A DNA stretch of 64,000 nucleotides from the NCBI GenBank assembly GCA_963735805.1, contig CAVTMK010000002.1:1088001-1152000 (forward strand). Reading direction: 5' to 3'. Every line of letters starts with the position of its first letter. Positions within the stretch are counted from its first letter, which is position 1. The position numbers and the translations under genes are program-made. The stretch comes from an uncultured Verrucomicrobiae bacterium. GTDB taxonomy: Bacteria > Verrucomicrobiota > Verrucomicrobiia > Chthoniobacterales > UBA10450. Below are positions 29,241 through 40,660 of this stretch, one piece after another. The notes under the pieces are model-generated. The model was not told the DNA's origin. It ran no database searches and worked only from the letters and a program-made list of their open reading frames with translations.

Positions 29241-31919
29241 TCAGACGTTATAGTCCAAATTAGGGGCGAGCCGTTTTTCCACAGCAGGCACCGATTCCCG
29301 GCGGCGGGTTGCATAATCCACAATTTGATCGTGTCCGATCTGGCCTACTCCAAAGTATTTTGCCTCCGGATGCGAGAAGTAAAGTCCACTCACACTTGCC
29401 CCTGGATTCATCGCAAACGATTCCGTCAGTGTAACGCAGGCATTATTCTCAGCATCGAGCAAATCGAATAGCGTCCGCTTCTCTGCATGATCGGGGCACG
29501 CGGGATAACCGGCGGCCGGCCGAATGCCGCGATACTTTTCACGGATAAGATCGGCCTGCGACAATTGTTCTTCGCGTCCGAATCCCCACGCAATCCGCGT
29601 TTGTTGGTGCAAATATTCAGCAAACGCCTCAGCTAATCGATCCGCCAGCGCCTTTGTCATGATGGCGCTGTAGTCGTCATGCTGTCGCTTGAATTCTTCC
29701 GCGAGCTCGTCTGCACCATGAATTGAGACCGCAAATCCTCCAAGGTAATCGTCGAATCTCGAATCGGCTTGCGGAGCAACGTAATCTGCGAGGCAATGAT
29801 TTGTTTGGCTGGTTGGCTTCTTCATTTGCTGGCGGAGGAAATAAAATGTCGCGATCTTCTTCGTTCGATCGTCATCAGCATAAAGATCCACATCATCTCC
29901 AACTGAGTTTGCCCGCCAAAATGCGTGAACACCGCGTGCGATCAGCAGATCTTTTGCAATGATCCGGTCCATAAGTTCCTGCGCATCGGCGAAAAGTTCG
30001 CGCGCTTGCTTGCCAAACTTTGGATCTTCGAAGATTCCCGGATAACGCCCGCGCAATTCCCAGGCGTGAAAAAACGGCGACCAATCGATGTACTCTGCCA
30101 GCGTTCGGATCGAAACGGTCCCTAAATCGCTTGCGTGGGCCCGTACTCCCAGGAATTCCGGTTTCGGTGGACGATAGCTGCTCCAATCAATGGGCGTCCG
30201 ATTGGCACGGGCTTCTTCGAGCGCCAGGACCTTTTTCTTTTGAGTCCTGGCAGCATGGTCCTCGCGCAAGCGCGCGTAGTCTTCCCGTGTTTTTGCGTCA
30301 AATTCCGTCCTGGAATTTTCATTCAGCAGCGAATTGACAACACCGACTGCGCGCGACGCGTCCAGAACGTGCACGGTACTGGCCCGATAATGGGGAGCGA
30401 TTTTCACCGCGGTATGCGCCCGGCTCGTTGTCGCTCCGCCAATCAAAAGCGGCAAACGAAATCCTTCGCGCTCCATTTCCTGCGCTACGTGGACCATTTC
30501 GTCCAGTGATGGCGTAATCAGACCGCTTAGGCCGATCACATCCGCTTGTTTTTCTCGCGCTGTTTCCAAAATCTTAGCGGCCGGCACCATCACGCCAAGG
30601 TCCAGGACCTCGTAGTTGTTACATTGCAGCACGACACCGACGATGTTTTTGCCGATGTCGTGCACGTCGCCTTTCACCGTCGCCATCACGATGCGTCCCT
30701 GCGGTTTCGCACCAGCAGACTTCTCCGCTTCCATGAACGGCATCAGATAAGCCACCGCTTTCTTCATGACCCGCGCGCTCTTTACCACCTGTGGTAGGAA
30801 CATTTTGCCGGAGCCGAATAAGTCCCCAACCACGCTCATCCCAGCCATGAGCGGACCCTCTATGACATCGAGCGGGCGCTTGCATTTTTGACGCGCTTCT
30901 TCGGTATCGACGTCGATGTGATCGACAATGCCTTTTACCAACGCGTGTTTCAGACGCTCCTCGACAGGCTCTTTTCGCCATGCTTTGTCAGCAACCGGAG
31001 CTTTATTTTTGGTTTTGACGTTTTCTGCAAAATCGACCAACCGTTCGGTCGCATCGTCTCGCCGGTTCAGCAGCACGTCTTCTACGCGTTCTCGTAACTC
31101 AGGGTCAATTTCTTCGTAAACCGCTAGCTGTCCTGCGTTAACAATTCCCATATCCAGGCCTGCACGAATTGCGTGAAACAGAAACGCGGCGTGCATCGCT
31201 TCGCGCACCGTATTGTTTCCGCGAAATGAAAAGGAAATATTGCTTATCCCGCCGCTCACGCGCGTACCCGGAAGATTCTTTTTAATCCAGCGCGTCGCTT
31301 CAATAAAATCGACCGCGTAATTGCGGTGTTCTTCCAGACCTGTAGCGACCGTCAGAATGTTTGGATCAAAGATAATGTCACTCGCTGGGAAATCTGCCCG
31401 CCTGGTCAGGAGCTCGTAAGCCCGTGCACAAATCTCGATTTTGCGCTGGAAATTATCCGCCTGACCCTGTTCATCGAATGCCATGACAATTGCAGCGGCG
31501 CCGTATCGCCTAATTAACCGGGCTTGCTGGAGGAAATCTTCTTCTCCATTTTTCAGGCTGATAGAATTCACCATCGCTTTTCCCTGCAAGCACTTGAGCC
31601 CCGCTTCAATGACGCTCCACTTCGAGCTGTCGATCACGACTGGAATCCGCGTGATCTCGGGTTCGCTTCCGATCAGATTCAAGAAGCGGACCATCGCCGC
31701 CTCCGAGTCGATCATCCCTTCGTCCATGTTCACGTCGAGAAGGTTCGCGCCGCCCTGCACTTGCTGACGAGCCACGACGAGTGCGCCGTCAAAATCGCCC
31801 GCAAGAATCAGTTTCGAAAACTTCGGTGAACCTGTGATGTTGGTGCGCTCACCGATGACGACGAAGCCGAACTCCGGCGTTATGTTCAACGGTTCGAGCC
31901 CGGAAAGTCGCAGAATCAT
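29241..31919 (-). CDS. metH: B12-dependent methionine synthase: pterin-binding, cap, cobalamin-binding and reactivation domains
   Basis: [47 protein letters not shown]. Confidence 0.96.
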   Translation of the reverse strand: MILRLSGLEPLNITPEFGFVVIGERTNITGSPKFSKLILAGDFDGALVVARQQVQGGANLLDVNMDEGMIDSEAAMVRFLNLIGSEPEITRIPVVIDSSKWSVIEAGLKCLQGKAMVNSISLKNGEEDFLQQARLIRRYGAAAIVMAFDEQGQADNFQRKIEICARAYELLTRRADFPASDIIFDPNILTVATGLEEHRNYAVDFIEATRWIKKNLPGTRVSGGISNISFSFRGNNTVREAMHAAFLFHAIRAGLDMGIVNAGQLAVYEEIDPELRERVEDVLLNRRDDATERLVDFAENVKTKNKAPVADKAWRKEPVEERLKHALVKGIVDHIDVDTEEARQKCKRPLDVIEGPLMAGMSVVGDLFGSGKMFLPQVVKSARVMKKAVAYLMPFMEAEKSAGAKPQGRIVMATVKGDVHDIGKNIVGVVLQCNNYEVLDLGVMVPAAKILETAREKQADVIGLSGLITPSLDEMVHVAQEMEREGFRLPLLIGGATTSRAHTAVKIAPHYRASTVHVLDASRAVGVVNSLLNENSRTEFDAKTREDYARLREDHAARTQKKKVLALEEARANRTPIDWSSYRPPKPEFLGVRAHASDLGTVSIRTLAEYIDWSPFFHAWELRGRYPGIFEDPKFGKQARELFADAQELMDRIIAKDLLIARGVHAFWRANSVGDDVDLYADDDRTKKIATFYFLRQQMKKPTSQTNHCLADYVAPQADSRFDDYLGGFAVSIHGADELAEEFKRQHDDYSAIMTKALADRLAEAFAEYLHQQTRIAWGFGREEQLSQADLIREKYRGIRPAAGYPACPDHAEKRTLFDLLDAENNACVTLTESFAMNPGASVSGLYFSHPEAKYFGVGQIGHDQIVDYATRRRESVPAVEKRLAPNLDYNV

Positions 31920-33022
31920 GCGTAGCTGACTGTCCTATTCACGACGCGCGGCGAAAATTCCCGAACCAGTTTTGCCAGCGCACGAATGTGATCCGGCGTT
32001 GTGCCGCAGCAACCACCAACCATGTTGAGCCAGCCGTTCTCGGCCCACTTGGCGATCTTGGGTGCAAAAGTCTCGGCTGTTTCCGGGAACCCGGTCGGGG
32101 AGAGCGGGTCCGGAAGACCCGCGTTCGGGTATGCGCTGATGTAGTACGGCGAAATCCGCGCCAGCTCTTCCACAAACGGTTCCATTTCATCCGGACCCAG
32201 GGAACAGTTTAGACCAAGGACCAGCGGCTCAGCATGCGCGAGCGAAATGAGCGACGCTTCGACCGTTTGTCCGCTGAGGTTCCGTCCGGATTTGTCGATT
32301 ACAGTGCCCGAGATTATCAACGGTACGTTGCGTCCGGTTTTTTCGAATGCATCCATGATCGCGAAGAGTGCCGCTTTTCCGTTGAGTGTGTCGAAAATCG
32401 TTTCCACAATGAGTAGATCGACGCCACCTTCGAGCAGAGCTTTTGCTTCATCGAAGTAAGTTTGGCGAAGCTGATCAAACGAGACCGCGCGAAATGCCGG
32501 ATCGTTCACGTCGGGTGAAATGGAACCTGCGACGGGAAGGGGTCCCATTGATCCGCCAACGAATCGTTGCCGGCCGGTTTCATTCGCGATTCGATCCGCA
32601 GCATGTCGCGCGATCCTGGCTGCTTCGAAATTAATTCCATGTACCAGTGCACGAAGTTCGCCATCGTCCACAACGCGCTGAAAGAATTCCTGATCTTTGC
32701 GACCGCGCGTAGGCTCACCCTGGAACAGAAAATCGTGCAAACCAATGGTTGTTCCGCTGAACGTGTTCGTTTCGATAATGTCGGCGTCCGCATCGAGATA
32801 AGCGGCGTGAATTTCCTCGACGACCTGGGGCTGAGTTAAATTGAGCAGTTCCAGGCTGCCCTTGAGATCCTTGCCTTTCCAATCCCGAAACCGTTTTCCT
32901 CGATAATCGGCCTCAGAAAGCTGGTAGCCCTGGATCATGGTGCCCATGGCGCCATCGAGTAAGACGATGCGCTCGCGCAGGAGGCTTTCTAAAGGATGAA
33001 GACCATTTGTTGCCATGATCAT
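31916..33022 (-). CDS. methionine synthase homocysteine-binding module as a separate gene
   Basis: [42 protein letters not shown] overlap with the downstream metH gene. Confidence 0.95.
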   Translation of the reverse strand: MIMATNGLHPLESLLRERIVLLDGAMGTMIQGYQLSEADYRGKRFRDWKGKDLKGSLELLNLTQPQVVEEIHAAYLDADADIIETNTFSGTTIGLHDFLFQGEPTRGRKDQEFFQRVVDDGELRALVHGINFEAARIARHAADRIANETGRQRFVGGSMGPLPVAGSISPDVNDPAFRAVSFDQLRQTYFDEAKALLEGGVDLLIVETIFDTLNGKAALFAIMDAFEKTGRNVPLIISGTVIDKSGRNLSGQTVEASLISLAHAEPLVLGLNCSLGPDEMEPFVEELARISPYYISAYPNAGLPDPLSPTGFPETAETFAPKIAKWAENGWLNMVGGCCGTTPDHIRALAKLVREFSPRVVNRTVSYA

Positions 33023-33272
33023 CCGGAACTAAAGAGCGTTTTCCGGGGCGAATCAAGCAACAAATTGACGTATCATGATATGTAGATGTGTTCTGAAAGT
33101 AACCAATTGTCAATAAACACCCGGGTTCTGGTGAAACCGGATACCAAAAGAGCGGGGTTGCCTAAAGCGAAACATACAGCATTCGCACCCGGGGGATTCG
33201 GAGGCGAGCTATCGGTGCCTGATCGAGGACTAATCGATCTTAGTCCGGTATCGAATGACAGACCGCGTCAGC

Positions 33273-34025
33273 TTACGGAGCAATACGATCGGTGAGAGTG
33301 TCCGTATGATATGCGGTATGGTCGCGCAAACGGAACCAGGGGCTGTCCTTCTTAGTAGTCTGAGCCACAGCCGTTTTTTCCCCGGTGGCAAAGTCTTCCC
33401 ATGAATTGTAGCGAGCGATGCTGAGGAAGGTCCAGTCAGCTCCTTCCAGGTGCTGCATTAAAACGTTGCCGGCAGTGGTGTCGCCTGTCGCGCTCGGCGT
33501 TTCGCTCAACATCTTTTCCAATTGCTCGCGATGACCAGGAGCCGGGCGATAATACGAGACGGAGTAAACCGAGCCCGCAGTTTTGGACGTTGAGTCGCCG
33601 CCGATACCCATGGCGCGGCTGAACTCTTCCCATGAAGGACCGTTGACGAAGGTATCGGTGTGCCACTCGCTCAAGTCGCGTTTGTCCGGAGGCACAGCCG
33701 TGCCCGCCGCCTCAACGGTCGCTTTGGTACCGAGATGGGTAATGACTACGTAATCCCAGGCGTCGCCATCCTGGTGCCGAAGAACAATAAAGTGTCCCGG
33801 CATTGGGTCGTTGGGATTCGGCGTCTTGAGCCAATCGCCTAACTGAACGGCTTTGCCGAGAGCGGCCTTGGTGAAATGGACGTGATAAACATCGGTTCGT
33901 TTTCCGGTACCGGCAATGGTGGCACGCTTTTCACTCGCAGCCTTTGGAGTGTCCTGCGCCTGAACAAATGTCGCAGGCAACAGGCTTAATAATGTAATGG
34001 CAGCAATACTGACGATTAGTTTCAT
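33273..34025 (-). CDS. secreted hypothetical protein with internal duplication
   Basis: Signal peptide; two similar halves ending WHTDTF / YHTDTL. Confidence 0.75.
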   Translation of the reverse strand: MKLIVSIAAITLLSLLPATFVQAQDTPKAASEKRATIAGTGKRTDVYHVHFTKAALGKAVQLGDWLKTPNPNDPMPGHFIVLRHQDGDAWDYVVITHLGTKATVEAAGTAVPPDKRDLSEWHTDTFVNGPSWEEFSRAMGIGGDSTSKTAGSVYSVSYYRPAPGHREQLEKMLSETPSATGDTTAGNVLMQHLEGADWTFLSIARYNSWEDFATGEKTAVAQTTKKDSPWFRLRDHTAYHTDTLTDRIAP

Positions 34026-34305
34026 GAATGTTTTTTCTCTCTGATTGTATGTTGAACGTGGACCTTGGATGCAGCGCAGGATTCCGGACGGAATCGAAGA
34101 GAGAGGTTCGTTGCGCTCTTAACCGTCGAGCCTATAGCGAACGCGCATTGGGATGTCAACAGTTATCGTCCGATAGGCATCGAGTTTGTTGCGGTCCCGG
34201 CTTTGCTTTTACCTCCAGCGTTTTTCTGCGGTGTTGGACATTTGTGTTTCGTCACTTTCCTGTCCGGCAATTCTCTCGACTTCTCTGGATGTGACGATTA
34301 GGTGA

Positions 34306-35544
34306 GTGCCCATGGAAGCGGTCCGGCTCTTCAAGTCGCTTGACCGCAATCAACGGAACACGTTCCTGGCTTGCTTTCTGGGGTGGGCACTGGATGCCTT
34401 CGATTTTTTCCTGCTCACATTTGTTATCGAAACGATGGCGCGCGATTTTCGCACGAGCATCGCCGATCTCAGCTACGCGATTACGATCACGCTGGCGATG
34501 CGCCCCCTGGGAGCGTTCATCTTCGGACTGCTTGGCGACCGGTTTGGACGCCGCATGCCGCTAATGATCGACATCATCTTTTATTCTCTCATGGAATTGC
34601 TCACTGCGTTTTCCCCGAATTACACGTGGCTGCTGATTTTCCGTGCGCTTTACGGAATCGGCATGGGCGGAGAATGGGGACTTGGAGCGTCGCTGGCAAT
34701 GGAGACCCTGCCGACCGCGGCGCGTGGATTGTTCTCGGGAATTTTACAGCAAGGTTATGCGTTTGGTTATCTCCTGGCTGCAGTTGTGTATTGGATCGTG
34801 TTTCCGTTCTTCGGGTGGCGCGGTCTGTTCGTCGCAGGAGCGTTACCCGCGCTTTTGGTGCTCTATATCCGCTCCCGGGTGCCTGAATCGCCGGTTTGGA
34901 TGCGTCGTCAGCGCGATACGAGCCATTTTTGGAGCGATTTGCTTGGTGTCATACAGCGTCACTGGGTTCTCTTTCTTTACGTCATTCTGCTGATGACGGC
35001 GTTCAACGCCCTGTCTCATGGCACGCAGGACATGTATCAAACTTTTCTCGGCCAGCAGCGCCGCTTCGGCGTGACGCAAAAAGCTGCGACCGGAATCATT
35101 TATGCTTTTGGAGCGATCTGCGGCGGAACAATTATTGGTCACCTGTCGCAAAAATGGGGACGCCGTCGCTCGATTATTTTGACTGCCGTGTTCGGAATAA
35201 TCCTTATTCCTCTTTGGGTTTTTCCGCCGGGATTTGCCCTTCTTGTGATCGGCGGGTTTGCGATGCAGTTCATGGTACAAGGGGCCTGGGGTATCGTGCC
35301 AGTGCATCTAAATGAACTTTCGCCCGATGCACTGCGCGGAACGTTCCCCGGCGTTGCGTATCAACTTGGAAATCTGTTTGCCGCCAACACCGCTGTTATT
35401 GAGGCGCGGTTGGCTGACCATTTCCACAACGCGACCGGACAGCCAGACTACGCAAAGGCGCTTGCCCTTTTTACGTTGGTAATTTTTGTGGCGTTGGTCG
35501 TGCTCGCCGCAATCGGGCGCGAAGAGCGCGGGAAGGAATTCTAA
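34306..35544 (+). CDS. MFS transporter, sialate/carboxylate:H+ symporter-like
   Basis: GWALDAFDFF, GDRFGRR, GMGGEWG, SGILQQGY, SHGTQD, YQLGNL. Confidence 0.9.
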   Translation: MPMEAVRLFKSLDRNQRNTFLACFLGWALDAFDFFLLTFVIETMARDFRTSIADLSYAITITLAMRPLGAFIFGLLGDRFGRRMPLMIDIIFYSLMELLTAFSPNYTWLLIFRALYGIGMGGEWGLGASLAMETLPTAARGLFSGILQQGYAFGYLLAAVVYWIVFPFFGWRGLFVAGALPALLVLYIRSRVPESPVWMRRQRDTSHFWSDLLGVIQRHWVLFLYVILLMTAFNALSHGTQDMYQTFLGQQRRFGVTQKAATGIIYAFGAICGGTIIGHLSQKWGRRRSIILTAVFGIILIPLWVFPPGFALLVIGGFAMQFMVQGAWGIVPVHLNELSPDALRGTFPGVAYQLGNLFAANTAVIEARLADHFHNATGQPDYAKALALFTLVIFVALVVLAAIGREERGKEF

Positions 35545-36269
35545 CGATGTCCGGTGGATGGCGCCAGGCCGGTGCCGCCACTGGAAGTATCTGGCTGCGG
35601 CTGCGCGGCCACCTGAGTCGACGGGCGATAAACACCCGAGCCGAAGCGTTGCTCGACAATCGCTTCCGCGATCCGGTCTGCAAGAAGTTCGCGATATTCC
35701 CAATCGCGCGTCTTGTTAGCCTCGGAACGATTGCTCAAGTATCCGCATTCTACCAGCACCGCGGGACAACTTGCCAGGCGCAGCACGCGAAAGTTTGCTG
35801 TGTGTACCCCCCCATTTGCTGAATTTGGAATGGTCGTCAGTTTTGCCTGAATCCCGTTCGCCAGATCGGATGAAACGCCTGAATGATAGTACGTTTCAAA
35901 TCCGCGAATCCGGCGCTTGCCCGAATCGTTGAAATGTATGCTCACGAAGATTGCGTTCTTCTGTGCATTCTCGATAGCCACACGATCGTTCAATTCAATA
36001 AAAACGTCGGAGGAGCGGGTCATTACGGTTTTTAGCTGCGATTCGCGCAGCTTACGGTTGAGACGCTGGGCGACGTCTAGCGCAATCAGTTTCTCCGGTG
36101 GACCATACCGGCGATAGGCGCCGCTATCCTTGCCGCCATGTCCGGCGTCCACTACGACGGTATTGAAAGTTTTGCTCGTGTTTTTGACTCTGGTCGTCGT
36201 AACGGTACCGCAGCCGACCAACGAAGCGATAGAAGCAATCGCAACGAGACGAGTGACCTTGCCCGGCAT
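35541..36269 (-). CDS. N-acetylmuramoyl-L-alanine amidase (Amidase_3), lipoprotein
   Basis: VDAGHGGKDSGA, FVSIHFN, PAVLVECGYLSN; LVGC lipobox. Confidence 0.92.
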   Translation of the reverse strand: MPGKVTRLVAIASIASLVGCGTVTTTRVKNTSKTFNTVVVDAGHGGKDSGAYRRYGPPEKLIALDVAQRLNRKLRESQLKTVMTRSSDVFIELNDRVAIENAQKNAIFVSIHFNDSGKRRIRGFETYYHSGVSSDLANGIQAKLTTIPNSANGGVHTANFRVLRLASCPAVLVECGYLSNRSEANKTRDWEYRELLADRIAEAIVEQRFGSGVYRPSTQVAAQPQPDTSSGGTGLAPSTGHR

Positions 36270-36384
36270 TCTGACTTAATAGCAAAAAATGCGCATTCCA
36301 CCAAAAATTTTCTGTGCCAGCCTTAAACAATGGAACGGAATTGGACGGCCAGTTGTCTATTGATCGCAAGCGCAAAAAGCACTT

Positions 36385-37710
36385 GTGTTTTGTGCTGCTG
36401 CGCTTAATGCGTTTACTTCTTTTATGATAATCCGATTTGCGATCCTCCCCTTGTTTCTGGCGTTGAACCTTTCGATGTGTAAGAAGCAGGAAAGTGTCTC
36501 GTCGAGTTCGAAGCAGGCGAGCGCTTTATCACCGACGCCCGCTACTGCTGCCACGCCAGCCGCGGAGGCATCCCCGAAGATTACCAAGCCAGTTGTGGAT
36601 CAAACTGCTCAGGTACTTATTTTCTGTTACCACCGCTTAGTGGACAAGATTCGCTATCCCGGGACCGAGATCACGCCTGCCGCGTTTGAAGCGCAGATGA
36701 AAGAATTAAAAGACCGTGGTATTACAGTCATTCCAATGCAGGATTTGCTCGCCTGGAAGCGGGGCGAAAAGAACATACCCCCACGAAGCGCGGTTGTTAC
36801 TTTCGATGATGGCTGGAAATCTCAATACGAGGTCGCGTGGCCGATCATGAAGAAGTACGGCTATCCGTTTACGATGTTCATTTACACCGAGGGCGTGCGC
36901 GGCGGCTCGTTAGGCGGCGGCGAAGCGATCACATGGGAACAGCTCGCCGACATGCGCGATAACGGAGTGGATATTGAGGCGCATTCCGCAACGCATCAGG
37001 ACTTACGCGAGGGCCATACCATAATGATAGCCAATCCCGGCGGAAAAAGGACACGGACGAAATTGACCGGACCGCAGTATGAGGAATGGATGCACAACGA
37101 AGTCGTCGGTTCCAAGGATCTGCTTGAGCAGCGGCTGGGCATCAAAGTGAATTGCTTTGCGGTTCCATTCGGGAATTACAACGAGCACGTTAAGGAGATT
37201 GCCCGTAATTCCGGCTACGAGGCGATGTTTACCGTTTACGGTCAGCCTATCACTTTTACATCACCGATGGATTCAATCGGGCGTTATGCGATTGAAGCGA
37301 ACAAGCCCAAGGTTTTTGAAGATGCTGTGAAAATGATCGCTACTTCCAGCGGAGGAGGAGCAGCAGTGGCCGAGGTTGGCGCGAAGGATCTCTCGACTCG
37401 GCCGGCAGATGGTGAAACGGTGCGTACGGCGCTACCTCTTATTAAGGCGAACCTCAGCGCGATCGGTCAGATCGATCCCGGCAGTGTGCAAATGCGCGTG
37501 AGCGGCCTCGGCGTTGTCCCCGCGAGCTTCGATCCGAAGTCGGGCACGGTCTCGTATCAAGTGACGCAAAAGTTACACGACAAATCGTGCAGCGTGATTG
37601 TAAGTGCGAAGTCACAGGGAAAGAAGGTCGAAGCACACTGGACTTTCGGGATCGAAGAAGGTGCGGCCGCGGGAGGTGTAACTCCGCCCATACCGACGCC
37701 GAAAAAATAA
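36385..37710 (+). CDS. polysaccharide deacetylase (CE4) family protein
   Basis: YHR, VTFDDGW, HSATH, FAVPFG; true start probably ATG 36424. Confidence 0.88.
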   Translation: MFCAAALNAFTSFMIIRFAILPLFLALNLSMCKKQESVSSSSKQASALSPTPATAATPAAEASPKITKPVVDQTAQVLIFCYHRLVDKIRYPGTEITPAAFEAQMKELKDRGITVIPMQDLLAWKRGEKNIPPRSAVVTFDDGWKSQYEVAWPIMKKYGYPFTMFIYTEGVRGGSLGGGEAITWEQLADMRDNGVDIEAHSATHQDLREGHTIMIANPGGKRTRTKLTGPQYEEWMHNEVVGSKDLLEQRLGIKVNCFAVPFGNYNEHVKEIARNSGYEAMFTVYGQPITFTSPMDSIGRYAIEANKPKVFEDAVKMIATSSGGGAAVAEVGAKDLSTRPADGETVRTALPLIKANLSAIGQIDPGSVQMRVSGLGVVPASFDPKSGTVSYQVTQKLHDKSCSVIVSAKSQGKKVEAHWTFGIEEGAAAGGVTPPIPTPKK

Positions 37711-37795
37711 GCGGGTTTTCAGGGGTCGCCATTTCTTACCCGAACTGGGCGATCAGGAAATCGCCGCTCTATAACTGGCGTAACGGGCTTAACAT

Positions 37796-39118
37796 ATGTT
37801 CTCCCAACTCTCCGACAAACTTCAGGACATCTTCAAAGAGCTTCGCGGGCACGGCACGATCAGCGAATCGAACATCGATGCCGCATTGCGGCAAGTGCGC
37901 CTCGCTTTGCTTGAAGCCGACGTCGATTTTCAAGTCGCTAAAAAATTCATAGCTGGCGTTAAGGAAAAAGCGCTTGGAGAAACGGTTCTTCGCAGCATTA
38001 CGCCAGGTCAGCAGATCGTAAAAATTTTTCACGACGAATTAACGGCCTTGCTCGGCGGCGAGGCCGCACCAGTCGATCTTGGAAATTCAGGCCGTATTTT
38101 GATTGTCGGCCTTAATGGGTCGGGCAAAACAACTTCCTCTGCCAAGTTAGCGTGCCTTCTGAAAAAGCAGGGCCGCGCGCCGGTTCTAATTGCGTGCGAT
38201 TTGCAGAGGCCAGCGGCGATCGAACAACTGGCAACGCTGGGAAAACAAATCGACGTTCCTGTGTTCACTCCTGAGCCGGGCGAGAAAACTGTGCGTCGCG
38301 CCGCCGCCGATGCGTCCTCAAAAGCACGACGGCCAGATGCACCGGTTGTCGAAATCTTCGATACGGCGGGTCGCCAGGAGATTGACGAAGCGCTGATTCA
38401 GGAGCTCAAGGAGTTGAAGGAATTTTTAGAGCCGCAGGAAACATTGCTCGTGGTTGATGCCGCTACGGGCCAACAAGCAGTCAACGTTGCATCCCGTTTT
38501 AACGACGCTTTAGCGATAACAGGAATCATTTTGACAAAGCTTGACGGTGACGCGCGAGGCGGCGCGGCCTTGTCAATGCGCCAAGTCACTCACCAACCAA
38601 TCAAGTTCACGGGAACCGGCGAGAAGCTTGACCAGTTTGAAGTCTTTGTCCCTGAGCGGCTCGCCGGTCGAATCCTCGGAATGGGCGACGTGGTTAGCTT
38701 GGTCGAAAAAGCAGCGGAAGCGGTCGATGAAGAAGAAGCAGCCCGCCTTGAGCGGAAGCTGCGCACCGCCTCGTTCGATTTCAATGATTTTCTGGTGCAG
38801 TTCAAGATGATGCGGCGGATGGGCCCGCTGGAGAATATTCTTGGCATGTTGCCAGGCATGGGTAATATGCAGGGCCTTTCTGTTGACGAGAAGCAGCTTA
38901 AACGCACGGAAGCCATCGTGCTTTCGATGACAAACGAGGAGCGGACGCGTCCCGGCATTTTGAATGCGCGACGTCGTCAGCGTATCGCACGCGGCAGCGG
39001 CTGCACTGTGACGGAGGTAAACGATTTGCTACGACGCTTTGATCAGATGCGGAAGATGATGAAAAGCGCGGGCAAAATGAAAAAGATGATGGCGCAAATG
39101 GCGCGAATGAGAAGTTAA
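37796..39118 (+). CDS. ffh: signal recognition particle protein
   Basis: [34 protein letters not shown] domain. Confidence 0.97.
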   Translation: MFSQLSDKLQDIFKELRGHGTISESNIDAALRQVRLALLEADVDFQVAKKFIAGVKEKALGETVLRSITPGQQIVKIFHDELTALLGGEAAPVDLGNSGRILIVGLNGSGKTTSSAKLACLLKKQGRAPVLIACDLQRPAAIEQLATLGKQIDVPVFTPEPGEKTVRRAAADASSKARRPDAPVVEIFDTAGRQEIDEALIQELKELKEFLEPQETLLVVDAATGQQAVNVASRFNDALAITGIILTKLDGDARGGAALSMRQVTHQPIKFTGTGEKLDQFEVFVPERLAGRILGMGDVVSLVEKAAEAVDEEEAARLERKLRTASFDFNDFLVQFKMMRRMGPLENILGMLPGMGNMQGLSVDEKQLKRTEAIVLSMTNEERTRPGILNARRRQRIARGSGCTVTEVNDLLRRFDQMRKMMKSAGKMKKMMAQMARMRS

Positions 39119-39119
39119 C

Positions 39120-39461
39120 ATGGCAGTTTCAATCAGATTACGCAGAGAAGGAGCAAAAAATAGCCCCTACTACAAAGTGGTAGTGGCCGACAGGCGCAGT
39201 CCGCGCGATGGGAAGTTTATCGAAACCATCGGCACGTACGACCCAAAAAAGCCCGGTCAAAACAGCACGTTGAAAATTGATCGGGTCGAATACTGGATCA
39301 GCAAAGGCGCGCAACCGTCCGACACCGTGCGCAGTTTAATCAAGAAGAATAAAAAGGCGACGGCGACCCCGGAGGCCCCATCCGAACCAGTTCGGGCGAA
39401 CCAGCAATCGACTCAAGAGCAGTCGCCACCTCCGCCGCCTCCGGTTGAAGACGCCAGCTAA
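39120..39461 (+). CDS. rpsP: 30S ribosomal protein S16
   Basis: [31 protein letters not shown]. Confidence 0.97.
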   Translation: MAVSIRLRREGAKNSPYYKVVVADRRSPRDGKFIETIGTYDPKKPGQNSTLKIDRVEYWISKGAQPSDTVRSLIKKNKKATATPEAPSEPVRANQQSTQEQSPPPPPPVEDAS

Positions 39462-39646
39462 AAGCTGGCCCCTTTGGCAATAGCAATTCGCTTCGCACCG
39501 CCGCACGACCTTTACGGTCTCTTCGGCTGAGATCGGCGGACGCCAGAGCACTGGAACTTCGAGCGGGCGACAATTCGTGCTAATCGTGTTTACCCGTCGT
39601 GCCGTAGTGTTGTGCAAGGCGGTTTCGTGGATACTCTTTCCGGCGC

Positions 39647-39877
39647 ATGAGAGAATTTCTCGAATTCGTCATTCGCCAACTAATTGAATTTCCTGACGAC
39701 ATGGTGTTGACGGAAATTCCAAACGGCAGAACAACGGTTTTTAAGCTGCAACTTCGGCGGGGAGATGTCGGCCGGGTGATCGGCCGTGGCGGCCAGACCA
39801 TTCAAGCCATTCGCGCTCTGCTCGCCAGTTCGGCTGCCCGCCATGGCCAACGCGCGATCCTCGAGATTGTGGAGTAA
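39647..39877 (+). CDS. khpA: KH-domain RNA-binding protein
   Basis: DVGRVIGRGGQTIQAIR; located after rpsP. Confidence 0.88.
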   Translation: MREFLEFVIRQLIEFPDDMVLTEIPNGRTTVFKLQLRRGDVGRVIGRGGQTIQAIRALLASSAARHGQRAILEIVE

Positions 39878-39938
39878 ATTTCCACAATTGATTCATTATT
39901 GGACGTTGGCCGCGGGCCGTTCGACGTTTTCTCCCTGA

Positions 39939-40607
39939 GTGAAGATCGACATCCTGACGTTGTTTCCAGACATCTGTCGTGCGCCTCTTGGCGAGAGCAT
40001 CATGAAACGCGCACAGGAGAGTGGGATTATTGATCTTCGGATCCATAACCTGCGAGACTGGACAACAGATAAACATCACATCGTGGATGACGCGCCGTTC
40101 GGCGGGGGTCAGGGAATGGTCATGAAACCGGAGCCAGTTTTTGCAGCCGTCGAGCAGCTCCGAAATCAAACATCAAAAGTAGTGCTGATGTCGCCCGCCG
40201 GGCATCAGTTTGACCAACAAACAGCGACACAGCTTTCGCAGGACGCACATCTCATTATCATTTGCGGTCATTACGAAGGAATCGATCACCGCGTGATTGA
40301 ACATCTGGTGAACCTGGAAATTTCCATCGGCGATTACGTTCTTACCAACGGAGCGATTGCAGCAGTTGTTCTTGTCGATGCAATCGTGCGCTTATTGCCC
40401 GGCGCGCTTGGTCACGAACAATCCGCCGTTGACGACAGTTTTAACCAGGGACTTCTTGAAGCGCCGCAGTACACACGACCCGCAGAGTTCCGCGGCTGGA
40501 AAGTTCCGCAGGTTTTGCTCTCGGGAAATCACGCAGAAATTACAAAGTGGCGTAGAGAACAAGCGATAAAACGCACACGCGAAAATCGGCCAGATCTTCT
40601 CGGATAA
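39939..40607 (+). CDS. trmD: tRNA (guanine37-N1)-methyltransferase
   Basis: [38 protein letters not shown]. Confidence 0.97.
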   Translation: MKIDILTLFPDICRAPLGESIMKRAQESGIIDLRIHNLRDWTTDKHHIVDDAPFGGGQGMVMKPEPVFAAVEQLRNQTSKVVLMSPAGHQFDQQTATQLSQDAHLIIICGHYEGIDHRVIEHLVNLEISIGDYVLTNGAIAAVVLVDAIVRLLPGALGHEQSAVDDSFNQGLLEAPQYTRPAEFRGWKVPQVLLSGNHAEITKWRREQAIKRTRENRPDLLG

Positions 40608-40660
40608 ACCCGCAATACTCAGGGGTTGTCATCCCGAGTCGCGCAGACGAACCGGCGTAG

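Noticed and set aside
33023..33272. SAM-I or cobalamin riboswitch, or hammerhead ribozyme
   Set aside because: Only fragments such as GGCAACC and CTGGTGA are present; the conserved cores could not be assembled.
37711..37795. SRP RNA (ffs) upstream of ffh
   Set aside because: A small GGCGAT...ATCGCC hairpin is present, but the helix-8 CAGG/GNRA/AGC signature is not.
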